A stretch of DNA of 64,000 nucleotides. Source: Sulfuricurvum sp. (GTDB taxonomy: Bacteria > Campylobacterota > Campylobacteria > Campylobacterales > Sulfurimonadaceae). Each line of letters starts with the position of its first letter. Positions within the stretch are counted from its first letter, which is position 1. Location of the stretch: NCBI RefSeq assembly GCF_028688295.1, contig NZ_JAQTYM010000004.1, positions 643 to 64,642 on the forward strand, read 5' to 3'. The notes beneath the pieces are model-generated. The model did not search any database, was not told the DNA's origin, and worked only from the letters and a program-made list of their open reading frames with translations. Of this stretch, positions 8,530 through 17,187 are shown piece after piece. The translations under genes were made by a program, and so were the position numbers.

Positions 8530-9740
8530 TGCTAATTGTCCAAAAATTTGGCGGAACCAGTGTCGGCGATTTGGAGCGAATCCAAAATGTTGCTAATCGT
8601 GTCTCTCAAACACTTAAAGAGGGACATCAAGTCGTCGTAGTTGTTTCGGCAATGAGCGGTGAAACAAACAAACTCATTGCGTATGCGGAACATTATACCG
8701 CTACCCCTGAGCGTAGTGAAGTGGACATGCTTCTGAGCTCTGGTGAGCGGGTAACGGCTGCCTTGCTTTCCATTGCCCTCAATGCAATGGGGCACAGTGC
8801 CACCTCGATGAGCGGGCGTCGAGCAGGGATCGTGACCGATAGTATCCATACGAAAGCACGGATTGAGAGTATTGATCCATCCACAATGCACTCAGAGCTC
8901 GCAAGCGGTAAAGTCGTTGTTGTTGCCGGATTTCAAGGGGTGAGTGAGAGCGGTCAAGTGACCACGCTAGGTCGTGGAGGATCGGATCTCTCTGCTGTAG
9001 CTCTCGCAGGGGCTTTGAAAGCTGATTTATGTGAAATTTATACCGATGTTGACGGTATTTATACTACCGATCCGCGAATTGAACCACGTGCTAAAAAGAT
9101 GGATAAAATCAGCTATGATGAAATGCTCGAACTCGCATCTCTCGGTGCTAAAGTACTGCAAAACCGCTCAGTAGAGCTTGCCAAAAAACTAAACGTTAAC
9201 CTCGTAACCCGATCCAGCTTTAGCGACGCGGAGGGGACACTTATTACAAAGGAAGAGAATATTATGGAAAAACCACTTGTCAGCGGTATCGCACTCGATA
9301 AAAACCAAGCACGTGTATCTTTGAGCGGCGTGATCGATCGTCCTGGAATCGCTTCGGACATCTTTACCCGTTTGGCTGACAATAGTGTCAATATCGATAT
9401 GATTATCCAAACTTCAGGGCATGATGGCAAAACCAATCTTGATTTTACGGTTCCTAAAACAGAATTATTGGATGCAAAAAAAGTGGTGGAAACGTTTATC
9501 GCCGAAGATGAGATATCCGAAGCATCATACGATGAAAACATTTGTAAAGTCTCTATCGTCGGTGTCGGGATGAAATCGCATACCGGTGTCGCAGCAAAAG
9601 CGTTCCAAACCATGGCACGTGAAAATATCAATATCATGATGATCTCTACCTCAGAGATTAAAGTATCGATGGTCGTTGATGAAAAATACGCAGAGTTAGC
9701 GGTTAGATCATTGCACAGTGCTTACGCGTTGGACAAGTAG
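8529..9740 (+). CDS. lysC: Aspartate kinase
   Basis: VQKFGGTSV, TTLGRGGSDLSA, two C-terminal ACT domains. Confidence 0.96.
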   Translation: MLIVQKFGGTSVGDLERIQNVANRVSQTLKEGHQVVVVVSAMSGETNKLIAYAEHYTATPERSEVDMLLSSGERVTAALLSIALNAMGHSATSMSGRRAGIVTDSIHTKARIESIDPSTMHSELASGKVVVVAGFQGVSESGQVTTLGRGGSDLSAVALAGALKADLCEIYTDVDGIYTTDPRIEPRAKKMDKISYDEMLELASLGAKVLQNRSVELAKKLNVNLVTRSSFSDAEGTLITKEENIMEKPLVSGIALDKNQARVSLSGVIDRPGIASDIFTRLADNSVNIDMIIQTSGHDGKTNLDFTVPKTELLDAKKVVETFIAEDEISEASYDENICKVSIVGVGMKSHTGVAAKAFQTMARENINIMMISTSEIKVSMVVDEKYAELAVRSLHSAYALDK

Positions 9741-10288
9741 TGCGCAAATTTGATCAGTGGACATTAGAATCAATCCGCTCTGTCGGAGCATCGATGAGCT
9801 GGTTCGAAGAGCAGCGTTTTGAATGGACTCCTGCACTTGCTAACGCCATGGATCAAATGATGGGAGGGAAAAGTATTGTCCTTGTTACCGATAATGATCG
9901 ACAATGGTTTTCCCATTACATAACTGCTTCACTAAACAAGCGGACGCAAGATCGTCCTATGATTCCGATCGTTTGTATTGATGCCCTTTATCCTCATTAT
10001 GATTCTATTAGTGGCGGAGAATCGATTGATATGTTGAGCGATATGCTCGATATCACTTTTAAAGGTGAATACTTCTTTTGGTATATCGGTCGCGGTGATG
10101 ATCGTCGTGCCGATATCGCCAAACGTAATACGAACTCTTTGTTATGGATTATGGACGAACGATTTCAAAATGCGTTAGTCTTGCGCTCTCATGATGAACT
10201 TATCGACATCAAATTGCTACAACTTTACCGACTTTTCGACAAAACACTCAGTGCGGTATTATTTGGGGAGATCAATGTTCGAGAATGA
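9740..10288 (+). CDS. hobA: HobA family DnaA-binding replication regulator
   Basis: Size and sequence (WFEEQRFEW, RPMIP, YFFWYIG) plus the conserved Campylobacterota order lysC-hobA-holB-folP; GTG start. Confidence 0.85.
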   Translation: MRKFDQWTLESIRSVGASMSWFEEQRFEWTPALANAMDQMMGGKSIVLVTDNDRQWFSHYITASLNKRTQDRPMIPIVCIDALYPHYDSISGGESIDMLSDMLDITFKGEYFFWYIGRGDDRRADIAKRNTNSLLWIMDERFQNALVLRSHDELIDIKLLQLYRLFDKTLSAVLFGEINVRE

Positions 10289-10898
10289 GCGAGGCGGTAT
10301 TCTCATCACCGCCGAGATGGAAGAGCGTGCGCGTGAAATCGAAGAATCCCGGCATCCTCTGCGTTGCGTCACCTTTATGCGGGATGATTTTAAAATCGAA
10401 GACGCCAAAGAGGTTATTAGCGAAGCCTATCGAAGTGAAGAAAATACTAAAACGTTGATTTTGGGTGCCAAAAGTTTTACCATACCGGCACAAAATGCTC
10501 TTCTAAAAATACTCGAAGAACCTCCTCGGAACATTGTTTTTATCCTCCTCGCTCCAAACAAAAGCACTTTCCTCCCCACTGTACGTTCGCGGCTCAGCCT
10601 AAAGCAAGAACACCATGAACGTCTTTATGAATCTTTACCTATAGCCCTTAAAAATCTTGATCTCTCAGGGTTATTTACCTTTGTTAAACAACATGATCGG
10701 CTCAAAAAACATGAAGCTAAAGGGTTGATCGAGCAGCTGATGCATCAGGCAATTCATGTCGAAAAATTGTCGCTTACTACAGCACAGCTCGAAGGATTCG
10801 AGAAGGCTCTGCGTCTGATTGAGCTCAATAGCCGTTTACAAAGTGTATTGGTCATGGTATTGATGAATTTCCTCAAAGAGGTCAAACGTGGTCGTTGA
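10275..10898 (+). CDS. holB: DNA polymerase III subunit delta'
   Basis: AQNALLKILEEPP...FLPTVRSR. Start moved from the track's 10191 to the in-frame ATG at 10275 after GGGGAG. Confidence 0.88.
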   Translation: MFENERGGILITAEMEERAREIEESRHPLRCVTFMRDDFKIEDAKEVISEAYRSEENTKTLILGAKSFTIPAQNALLKILEEPPRNIVFILLAPNKSTFLPTVRSRLSLKQEHHERLYESLPIALKNLDLSGLFTFVKQHDRLKKHEAKGLIEQLMHQAIHVEKLSLTTAQLEGFEKALRLIELNSRLQSVLVMVLMNFLKEVKRGR

Positions 10899-12027
10899 AA
10901 AACTCTCCAACACTATTGATTTGCACCGTGAACTAAAACAGTTAGGCGTCGATGGTGGCGGGGTATCCATTTTAGAAGACAAAGGCTTAGTCCATCTGAT
11001 CCGTATTCGTGATTTGCACGTGGGTGCTGCTAATATTCTCAAACAAGATGCTCTCAGTATCGGTGCAGATTTAGCAGTTCCTAGAGGGACGGTAACCGCA
11101 ACGACGCCGCGTGTGGATACATTGTTGATTGCAACAGAGCGACAACTGCAAGAATTGGTCAAAAAAGAGAAAGCACAGCCATTTGGTTTGAAACAGCTCT
11201 CATTAGAACTGGAGAGTTTTTGCCATCTAAAATACAATGAAGAGATCTCTATTATGGGGATTCTAAACGCGAATGATGATAGTTTTTATCATGGGAGCAG
11301 GTTTCAAGGCTCTGCTGCGATAGAACGGATTGAGACAATGATTATGGAAGGGGCTGATATCATCGATCTAGGCGGTGTATCGAGCCGTCCGGGCTCCGTA
11401 GCGGTAAGTGCGGAAGAAGAGCTTATGCGCGTACGCCCTATCATCGATGCATTGTATGAACAGCGCCTTTATGAAAAAGCAACGTTTAGCTTGGACAGTT
11501 ACGCCCCACTTGTCATTGAGTATGCGCTAGAACGAGGGTTTCGGGTCATTAACGATATTACCGGATTAGAGAATGATGAGGTAGCACGACTCTGTGGCAG
11601 TTACGGTGCAACGGCTGTGATTATGCACATGAGGGGGTCCCCTCAAACGATGCAGGAAAATCCTACTTATGAAAATATCCTGAGTGAAGTTGAAAACTTT
11701 TTCAAAGAGCGTCTTGCTAAAGCCTCTTCTTTTGGGATCAAAGAGACAATGCTCGATTGCGGAATCGGATTTGGAAAACGGCTTGAAGATAATCTTGCGC
11801 TCATTACCCATCAAAGCCATTTTTTGCGCTTGGGTAAACCGCTTCTGGTCGGGGCAAGCCGTAAATCGTTGATCGATAAAGTCTCCTTTTCATCTTCGGA
11901 CGACCGTTTGGGTGGGAGTATCGCTATCCATCTTAAAGCACTTGAGGCGGGGGCATCGATTCTTCGTGTTCATGATGTGAAAGAACATGTTCAAGCGATA
12001 AAACTGTGGCAAGCATTGAGGGGATGA
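10888..12027 (+). CDS. folP: Dihydropteroate synthase with Campylobacterota-type N-terminal extension
   Basis: IMGILNANDDSF, DLGGVSSRPG, DCGIGFGK, GASRKS, LRVHDV; extra ~110-aa N-terminal domain as in Helicobacter FolP. Confidence 0.92.
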   Translation: MVVEKLSNTIDLHRELKQLGVDGGGVSILEDKGLVHLIRIRDLHVGAANILKQDALSIGADLAVPRGTVTATTPRVDTLLIATERQLQELVKKEKAQPFGLKQLSLELESFCHLKYNEEISIMGILNANDDSFYHGSRFQGSAAIERIETMIMEGADIIDLGGVSSRPGSVAVSAEEELMRVRPIIDALYEQRLYEKATFSLDSYAPLVIEYALERGFRVINDITGLENDEVARLCGSYGATAVIMHMRGSPQTMQENPTYENILSEVENFFKERLAKASSFGIKETMLDCGIGFGKRLEDNLALITHQSHFLRLGKPLLVGASRKSLIDKVSFSSSDDRLGGSIAIHLKALEAGASILRVHDVKEHVQAIKLWQALRG

Positions 12028-12028
12028 G

Positions 12029-13189
12029 ATGAGCAATACTATTGTTATTATTACCCTCTCTTTACTCGTCATGCTCTCTCCATTTTTGTCTCGTGTTAGC
12101 CGTATGCCTGTGGTTGTTGTGGAGATATTGTTAGGGAGTTTAGCCGGATATTTTGGCCTATTGGTTGAAAATGAACTGTTTAAAATTATTGCCAAAGTAG
12201 GATTCTTATACCTGATGTTTTTAGCAGGGATGGAGGTAAATCTCAAAGCATTCGGTTTTGAAAAATCGTCTCTTCTGCGACGTACCGTGATATATTTTGC
12301 GATGTTGTACGGATGTTCGTTGGCACTCTTTTATTATCTCGATCTTAGCGCCGTTTATCTGGTTGCTTTCCCAATTTTCTCACTAGGGATGTTGATGGCC
12401 CTTGTCAAAGAGTATGGTAAAAATGAACCATGGTTGGCACTGGCTCTTAATATTGGAATTATCGGCGAATTGGTGAGTATCATGGCACTTACCATTCTAA
12501 GCGGAGGATTGGAATATGGTTTTAACCGTGAGTTTGCTTTTGTTTTGGGAGGATTATTTACCTTTTTAATCGGATTTGTCCTCTTTTTCCGTGGAATACG
12601 TATTTTATTTTGGTGGTATCCAACCCTAAAAACCCTTATCATGCCCCATGAAGATAGTAAAGATCAAGATGTCCGTTTTTCTATGGCATTGATGTTTATT
12701 ATGGTAGCTGTGATGCTTTATCTTAAAATTGATGTGGTTTTGGGAGCATTTTTGGCAGGTATGTTTATTGCCACCTATTTTAAACACAAAACCGAGCTTC
12801 CTGAGAAGCTATCTTCGTTCGGATTCGGATTTTTGGTACCGATCTTTTTTATCCATGTTGGCTCAACACTTTCATTGGAGGCATTTGTAGATCCTAAAAT
12901 TCTTGAGCTTGCACTTTTTATTGCAACGGCAATTATTGGAATTCGGCTTATCAGCTCTTTAGTCGCGTATGGAGGATATTTAGGGCTTAAAAATACGGTG
13001 TTATTTTCCCTTAGCGATTCGATGCCACTTACGTTTTTAGTAGCGATTGCAACATTGGGATATCAAGCAAATGCGATTACCCATGATGAATATTATGCAT
13101 TTATTGTTGCGAGTATGGGGAGCGGGATCTTTTTGATGATTCTGATCAAAATCCTCTACACCTTTTTTAAAAAAGGTGAGACGACCTAA
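12029..13189 (+). CDS. Cation:proton antiporter (CPA2 family)
   Basis: About 12 hydrophobic segments; GFLYLMFLAGMEV, LGAFLAG, FLVPIFFIHVG. Confidence 0.85.
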   Translation: MSNTIVIITLSLLVMLSPFLSRVSRMPVVVVEILLGSLAGYFGLLVENELFKIIAKVGFLYLMFLAGMEVNLKAFGFEKSSLLRRTVIYFAMLYGCSLALFYYLDLSAVYLVAFPIFSLGMLMALVKEYGKNEPWLALALNIGIIGELVSIMALTILSGGLEYGFNREFAFVLGGLFTFLIGFVLFFRGIRILFWWYPTLKTLIMPHEDSKDQDVRFSMALMFIMVAVMLYLKIDVVLGAFLAGMFIATYFKHKTELPEKLSSFGFGFLVPIFFIHVGSTLSLEAFVDPKILELALFIATAIIGIRLISSLVAYGGYLGLKNTVLFSLSDSMPLTFLVAIATLGYQANAITHDEYYAFIVASMGSGIFLMILIKILYTFFKKGETT

Positions 13190-13192
13190 GGG

Positions 13193-13846
13193 TTAGATTT
13201 TTTTACTAAGCGCTTCGATATGAGAACTGTTTCCTAGAACGACTAAAATATCCCCTTTTTCGAGAATATCGTCTTTTTCAAACGAGGTATACCAGATTCC
13301 TTGGTGCTTATAGGCGATCGGTTTGACTTCGTAATCATTTTCAAACATTGGGGATAAGATCGATGTTCCGATCCAAAATGAAGGTACCGTGAGTTTGGCA
13401 ATTTTCATCGTGATAGAGAGATCGATCGTTTCATAATGCATGTTGGCGACCATTTTTTTAACGATTTTTTTAGCTGATTCCATCTCTGGATAGATCACTT
13501 TAGCCGCTCCGAGTTTTGAAAGAATTTGACCATGTACGGTGGTAATCGCTTTAGCGATTACGGTCTCTACCCCTAACTCTTTAAGTGCCATAACGGTGAG
13601 TATACTCGCTTCGATATTTTCACCGATACTGACGACGGCGACATCAACATTGGCTATACCGGCTTCACGTAATGCACGCATATCAGTAGAATCAAGAATA
13701 ATCGCATCTTGAACAAATTCATTAATTTCTCTGACTTGATCCTCGTCTTGATCGATGGCAATGACACTAAGTCCTTGTTGAGCCAACCCTTTGGCAACGT
13801 GAAATCCGAATTTTCCTAAACCGAGTACGGCATAATTTTGATTCAT
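13193..13846 (-). CDS. ktrA: Trk/Ktr K+ uptake NAD-binding subunit (KtrA/TrkA)
   Basis: VLGLGKFG Rossmann motif, GDSTD-like DSTD, VIYPEMESA; RCK domain. Confidence 0.88.
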   Translation of the reverse strand: MNQNYAVLGLGKFGFHVAKGLAQQGLSVIAIDQDEDQVREINEFVQDAIILDSTDMRALREAGIANVDVAVVSIGENIEASILTVMALKELGVETVIAKAITTVHGQILSKLGAAKVIYPEMESAKKIVKKMVANMHYETIDLSITMKIAKLTVPSFWIGTSILSPMFENDYEVKPIAYKHQGIWYTSFEKDDILEKGDILVVLGNSSHIEALSKKI

Positions 13847-15150
13847 AATACAACCTTTGCTTCTGCATATTTGATACGGCTTTGTACCGCTTTACCGACG
13901 ATAACGAGGGTAAATGCGAACACCCCGATACGTCCCATAAACATTAAAAGAATGATATTTGCTTTACCCCAGTCACTAAACAAAGCACTGTAGCTAAGGG
14001 TTCCTCCATTACCTGTGGATAAACCGACTGTACCGAATGCTGAGCATGCTTCAAACAGAGTTCTTAAAAACGGTAATCGCTCGACTTCACTGAGGAGCAC
14101 GGTAGAAAAAACGACATAGATTGATGCGATGAAAATAATCGCATAGGCTTTGTTGATTTGGTACTGAGAAATTGAACGGCGAAATATATGGGCATGGGTA
14201 TCACCTCGCAGCGTATACCATACGCCGATAAGGGCTAATGCCACGGCTGTGATTTTGATCCCTCCGGCTGTTCCGCCCGGTGCCCCACCAATCATCATAA
14301 AAAAGGTAGAAAAAAAGAGGTTGGCATCGCTCAGGGTTGAGAGGTCTATGGTGTTAAAACCTGCTGTACGGTAGTTAACTGAAGCAAACCATGCGGCAAG
14401 GAGTTTTTCATCCCAAGAAAATGATTTTAAGGCATTATTCCATTCCAAAGAGAGGAGTAACCCCATCCCTAACACGATAAGTATTATCGTCATAATCAAT
14501 ACGATTTTGGTATGAGTAGAGAGGCGTAAAATCTCTTTTTTACGGTAGTGATAGAGTTCGGTGAGGACAAGATAACCCACCCCCCCTAAAATGATCAAGA
14601 TAGGGATCGTCAGATTGATCACCCAATCTTTTGAGTATCCCATCATGTTATCACTAAAGAGAGAAAATCCGGCATTGTTAAACGCTGAAATGGCATGAAA
14701 AATCCCATACCAAGCCGCTTTTTCTATCGGCATATCGACCCAAAAACGGAGGGTTAAGACAATCATACCGATCACTTCAATAATGAAAATCGAGCCAAAG
14801 ACAATTTTTAAAAATCGTACAAGCCCGTCCATACCTGGATAATTGAGGGATTCTTGGAGGATCAGTCGATCGCGATGACCGATTTTTTGACGGCGCATAA
14901 CGGCTAAGAAGGTAACCGCTGTCATGTATCCTAATCCCCCGATTTGGATGAGGAGCATAATAATCACTTGCCCCATAGGGGTAAAATCAACAGGGGTATC
15001 TTTTACAATCAATCCGGTTACGCACACTGCAGAAGTAGAGGTAAAAAGTGCATCGATAAATCGAAGCTCTCCGTAATGGGCAAAAGGCATAAGTAGTAGT
15101 AACGTTCCGAATCCGATTAGCCCTATAAAGCTGAATAGGATTAGTTTCAT
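13843..15150 (-). CDS. ktrB: Trk/Ktr K+ uptake membrane subunit (KtrB/TrkH)
   Basis: Four pore loops: SAVCVTGL, SAFNNAGF, RTAGFNT, SAFGTVGLS; GGTAGGIK. Confidence 0.92.
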   Translation of the reverse strand: MKLILFSFIGLIGFGTLLLLMPFAHYGELRFIDALFTSTSAVCVTGLIVKDTPVDFTPMGQVIIMLLIQIGGLGYMTAVTFLAVMRRQKIGHRDRLILQESLNYPGMDGLVRFLKIVFGSIFIIEVIGMIVLTLRFWVDMPIEKAAWYGIFHAISAFNNAGFSLFSDNMMGYSKDWVINLTIPILIILGGVGYLVLTELYHYRKKEILRLSTHTKIVLIMTIILIVLGMGLLLSLEWNNALKSFSWDEKLLAAWFASVNYRTAGFNTIDLSTLSDANLFFSTFFMMIGGAPGGTAGGIKITAVALALIGVWYTLRGDTHAHIFRRSISQYQINKAYAIIFIASIYVVFSTVLLSEVERLPFLRTLFEACSAFGTVGLSTGNGGTLSYSALFSDWGKANIILLMFMGRIGVFAFTLVIVGKAVQSRIKYAEAKVVL

Positions 15151-15168
15151 TTCATTGGTATGTATGGT

Positions 15169-15873
15169 TTACTCCTTTGGGTAAGATGAATTTTCACAAA
15201 AAAAACGGTAGCCAATCCCCATCTCTGTCATGATGTAGTGGGGGCGGGTAGGGTCATCTTCGATTTTTTTTCGTAAAGAGTTAATAAACGTTCGAAGATA
15301 CTGCATCTCTTGTTGATATCCGACCCCCCAAACTTCTTTGAGTAAACGTGCATGGACTAACACTTGATTGGGATGGAGCATACAGTATTTGAGAAGATTG
15401 AATTCGGTTGGGGTGAGTTTTAGAAGCTGCGTATGTTTGTAGGCACTATGGAGTTGTGTGTCGATCGATAATGAACCGCATGTCAGAATAGGTGATGATG
15501 AATTCAAACCTGATGCGCGGCGATAAGCGCTCCGCATCCGAGCAAATAATTCATGCATTGAGAAAGGTTTCGTGACATAATCATCGGCACCCATATCGAG
15601 TGAAGTGACAATCTCTTTTTCATCATTACGGGCTGAGAGGATAATAATCGGTGTTGTCACTTCATGGCGTACCATTTTGATAAAGCTTTTGCCATCGCCA
15701 TCTGGCAATCCTAAATCGAGGAGAATAATATCGGGCTTATGTACTTGAAAATGGCGGTGAGCACTTTTTAGATCTTCAGCAATGAGTGATTTGTATCCCT
15801 CTTGTTCCAAAGCAAACGAGAGCATTTTATGAAGCGCTTTGTCATCTTCAATGATGAGGACGAGTTCTTTCAT
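15169..15873 (-). CDS. kdpE: KdpE-like OmpR-family response regulator
   Basis: DLGLPDGDG, GADDYVTKPF, LTPTEF, YLRTFINSLRKKIEDDPTRPHYIMTEMGIGYRF. Confidence 0.82.
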   Translation of the reverse strand: MKELVLIIEDDKALHKMLSFALEQEGYKSLIAEDLKSAHRHFQVHKPDIILLDLGLPDGDGKSFIKMVRHEVTTPIIILSARNDEKEIVTSLDMGADDYVTKPFSMHELFARMRSAYRRASGLNSSSPILTCGSLSIDTQLHSAYKHTQLLKLTPTEFNLLKYCMLHPNQVLVHARLLKEVWGVGYQQEMQYLRTFINSLRKKIEDDPTRPHYIMTEMGIGYRFFCENSSYPKE

Positions 15874-16889
15874 AATAACTCTTTTGGACGAATATCAGGG
15901 TGTTTGATCGTCGGTAATATCACCTCTAAAAAGACTCCTCCATTGCCGTTATACGCAGTAATGACTCCTTGATGTGCGGTAACTATCTTTTTACAGATCG
16001 ATAGTCCAATACCACTTCCCCCCATATCGGCAGTGTTCTCTAAACGGTAGAATTTTTCAAACATATTTTTGAGATCGGCTTTTTTGATGGGAGGGCTTTG
16101 ATTAAAGACGCTAATCTGAATCGAATCGTTGAGGCTTTGGATCGTGAGCGAGATCAAGGTGTCGTCATTGGAATATTTTATTCCATTATCGAGGAGATTG
16201 ACCAAAAGCCGCACCAGTAAAGCGGTATCTCCCCAAAAGAGAGGAAGCTCAGGATCGATAGAAGAGGCAATGAGTTGATGATCTTGATCAAACTCTTGGA
16301 GAGCAATACCCACTAAATCTTCCCAATCACACCATTGGGGCTGTAATAACGTTTGGGTATTTTGGAGTCGTGCACTGTCGAGGAGGTTGAGAATCAAGCG
16401 ATTCATTTGTTGGCTTGATTGTTTGATTTGGACAACAATACGGTTATGATCTGATTCATTCAGCTTCTCTCTTTTGTGAAGGAGGGAAATATTTCCTATG
16501 ATCGAGGAGAGCGGTGTTTTAAGATCATGCGAAAGGGTACTGAGCAATACATCTTTGATTGCAGTGGAATGGAGCCTTCGGGATTGAAACGTAATGATAT
16601 AGCCGACAACGTAAAAAAGGATAAAACTCCATGCGTATATGAGATTATGGACATTGAAACTGTATTTAGGAGGGATGTAGAGCAAATCGAAAAGGATGAC
16701 AGAGATCGTGGTGATAATCATAGTAGCAACCATATCACCGCGTAATGCGATGACCAATACAGGGATAAGATGAAGAATTGCAATATTGATCAAACCGATA
16801 GATTCAGTGAATCTTGTACCGATGAGTGTAATAAACACTTGTATAAAAAAAGGTAAGAAATAGTGTCGATAAGGGCGCAAGAAAATCAT
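15870..16889 (-). CDS. Minimal KdpD-like sensor histidine kinase (4-TM DUF4118-type domain + HisKA + HATPase)
   Basis: FDLLYIPPKYSF (KdpD TM motif), LSHDLKTPL H-box, NLLDNGIKY, GSGIGLSIC. Only 339 aa; no KdpD N-terminal, Usp or GAF domains. Confidence 0.82.
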   Translation of the reverse strand: MIFLRPYRHYFLPFFIQVFITLIGTRFTESIGLINIAILHLIPVLVIALRGDMVATMIITTISVILFDLLYIPPKYSFNVHNLIYAWSFILFYVVGYIITFQSRRLHSTAIKDVLLSTLSHDLKTPLSSIIGNISLLHKREKLNESDHNRIVVQIKQSSQQMNRLILNLLDSARLQNTQTLLQPQWCDWEDLVGIALQEFDQDHQLIASSIDPELPLFWGDTALLVRLLVNLLDNGIKYSNDDTLISLTIQSLNDSIQISVFNQSPPIKKADLKNMFEKFYRLENTADMGGSGIGLSICKKIVTAHQGVITAYNGNGGVFLEVILPTIKHPDIRPKELL

Positions 16890-16990
16890 TTATTAAGTGT
16901 TGAAGCCAATTTTACTAACACGGTAATCACCAATCCGAATAAGATAACAAACTCTGTAATAACTAGCCAAATATTATCCAAAAAGTGCAT
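16886..16990 (-). CDS. Unannotated 34-aa single-pass membrane peptide (MHFLDNIWLVITEFVILFGLVITVLVKLASTLNK)
   Basis: AAGGA SD 6 nt upstream of the ATG; one hydrophobic helix; its TGA overlaps the kinase ATG (ATGA); TATAAT -10 at 17018-17023. Confidence 0.72.
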   Translation of the reverse strand: MHFLDNIWLVITEFVILFGLVITVLVKLASTLNK

Positions 16991-17017
16991 GGATGTTCCT
17001 TGATTTTTTGTAAGGAA

Positions 17018-17050
17018 ATTATAGAGTGTATGGTATCAATGAGGTATCAA
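17018..17050 (-). promoter_or_regulatory. Promoter (-10 TATAAT) with 11-bp-phased direct repeat TTGATACC-TCA-TTGATACC; candidate KdpE-like operator
   Basis: ggtatcaa at 17032-17039 and 17043-17050 on +; attata at 17018-17023. A second degenerate pair lies at 17156-17173. Confidence 0.6.
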
Positions 17051-17187
17051 GATTGACTAGGAGAGAGATTCCATAAATAAATGACTTTGCATAGGGTGAT
17101 CTTGTTACGATTTGGCAAAGCAGTTATTTATGGAAATGAAATTTTAGTGTAGAGTGTATCAAAAAGGGATCAAAAAAGTGGTTCGGC

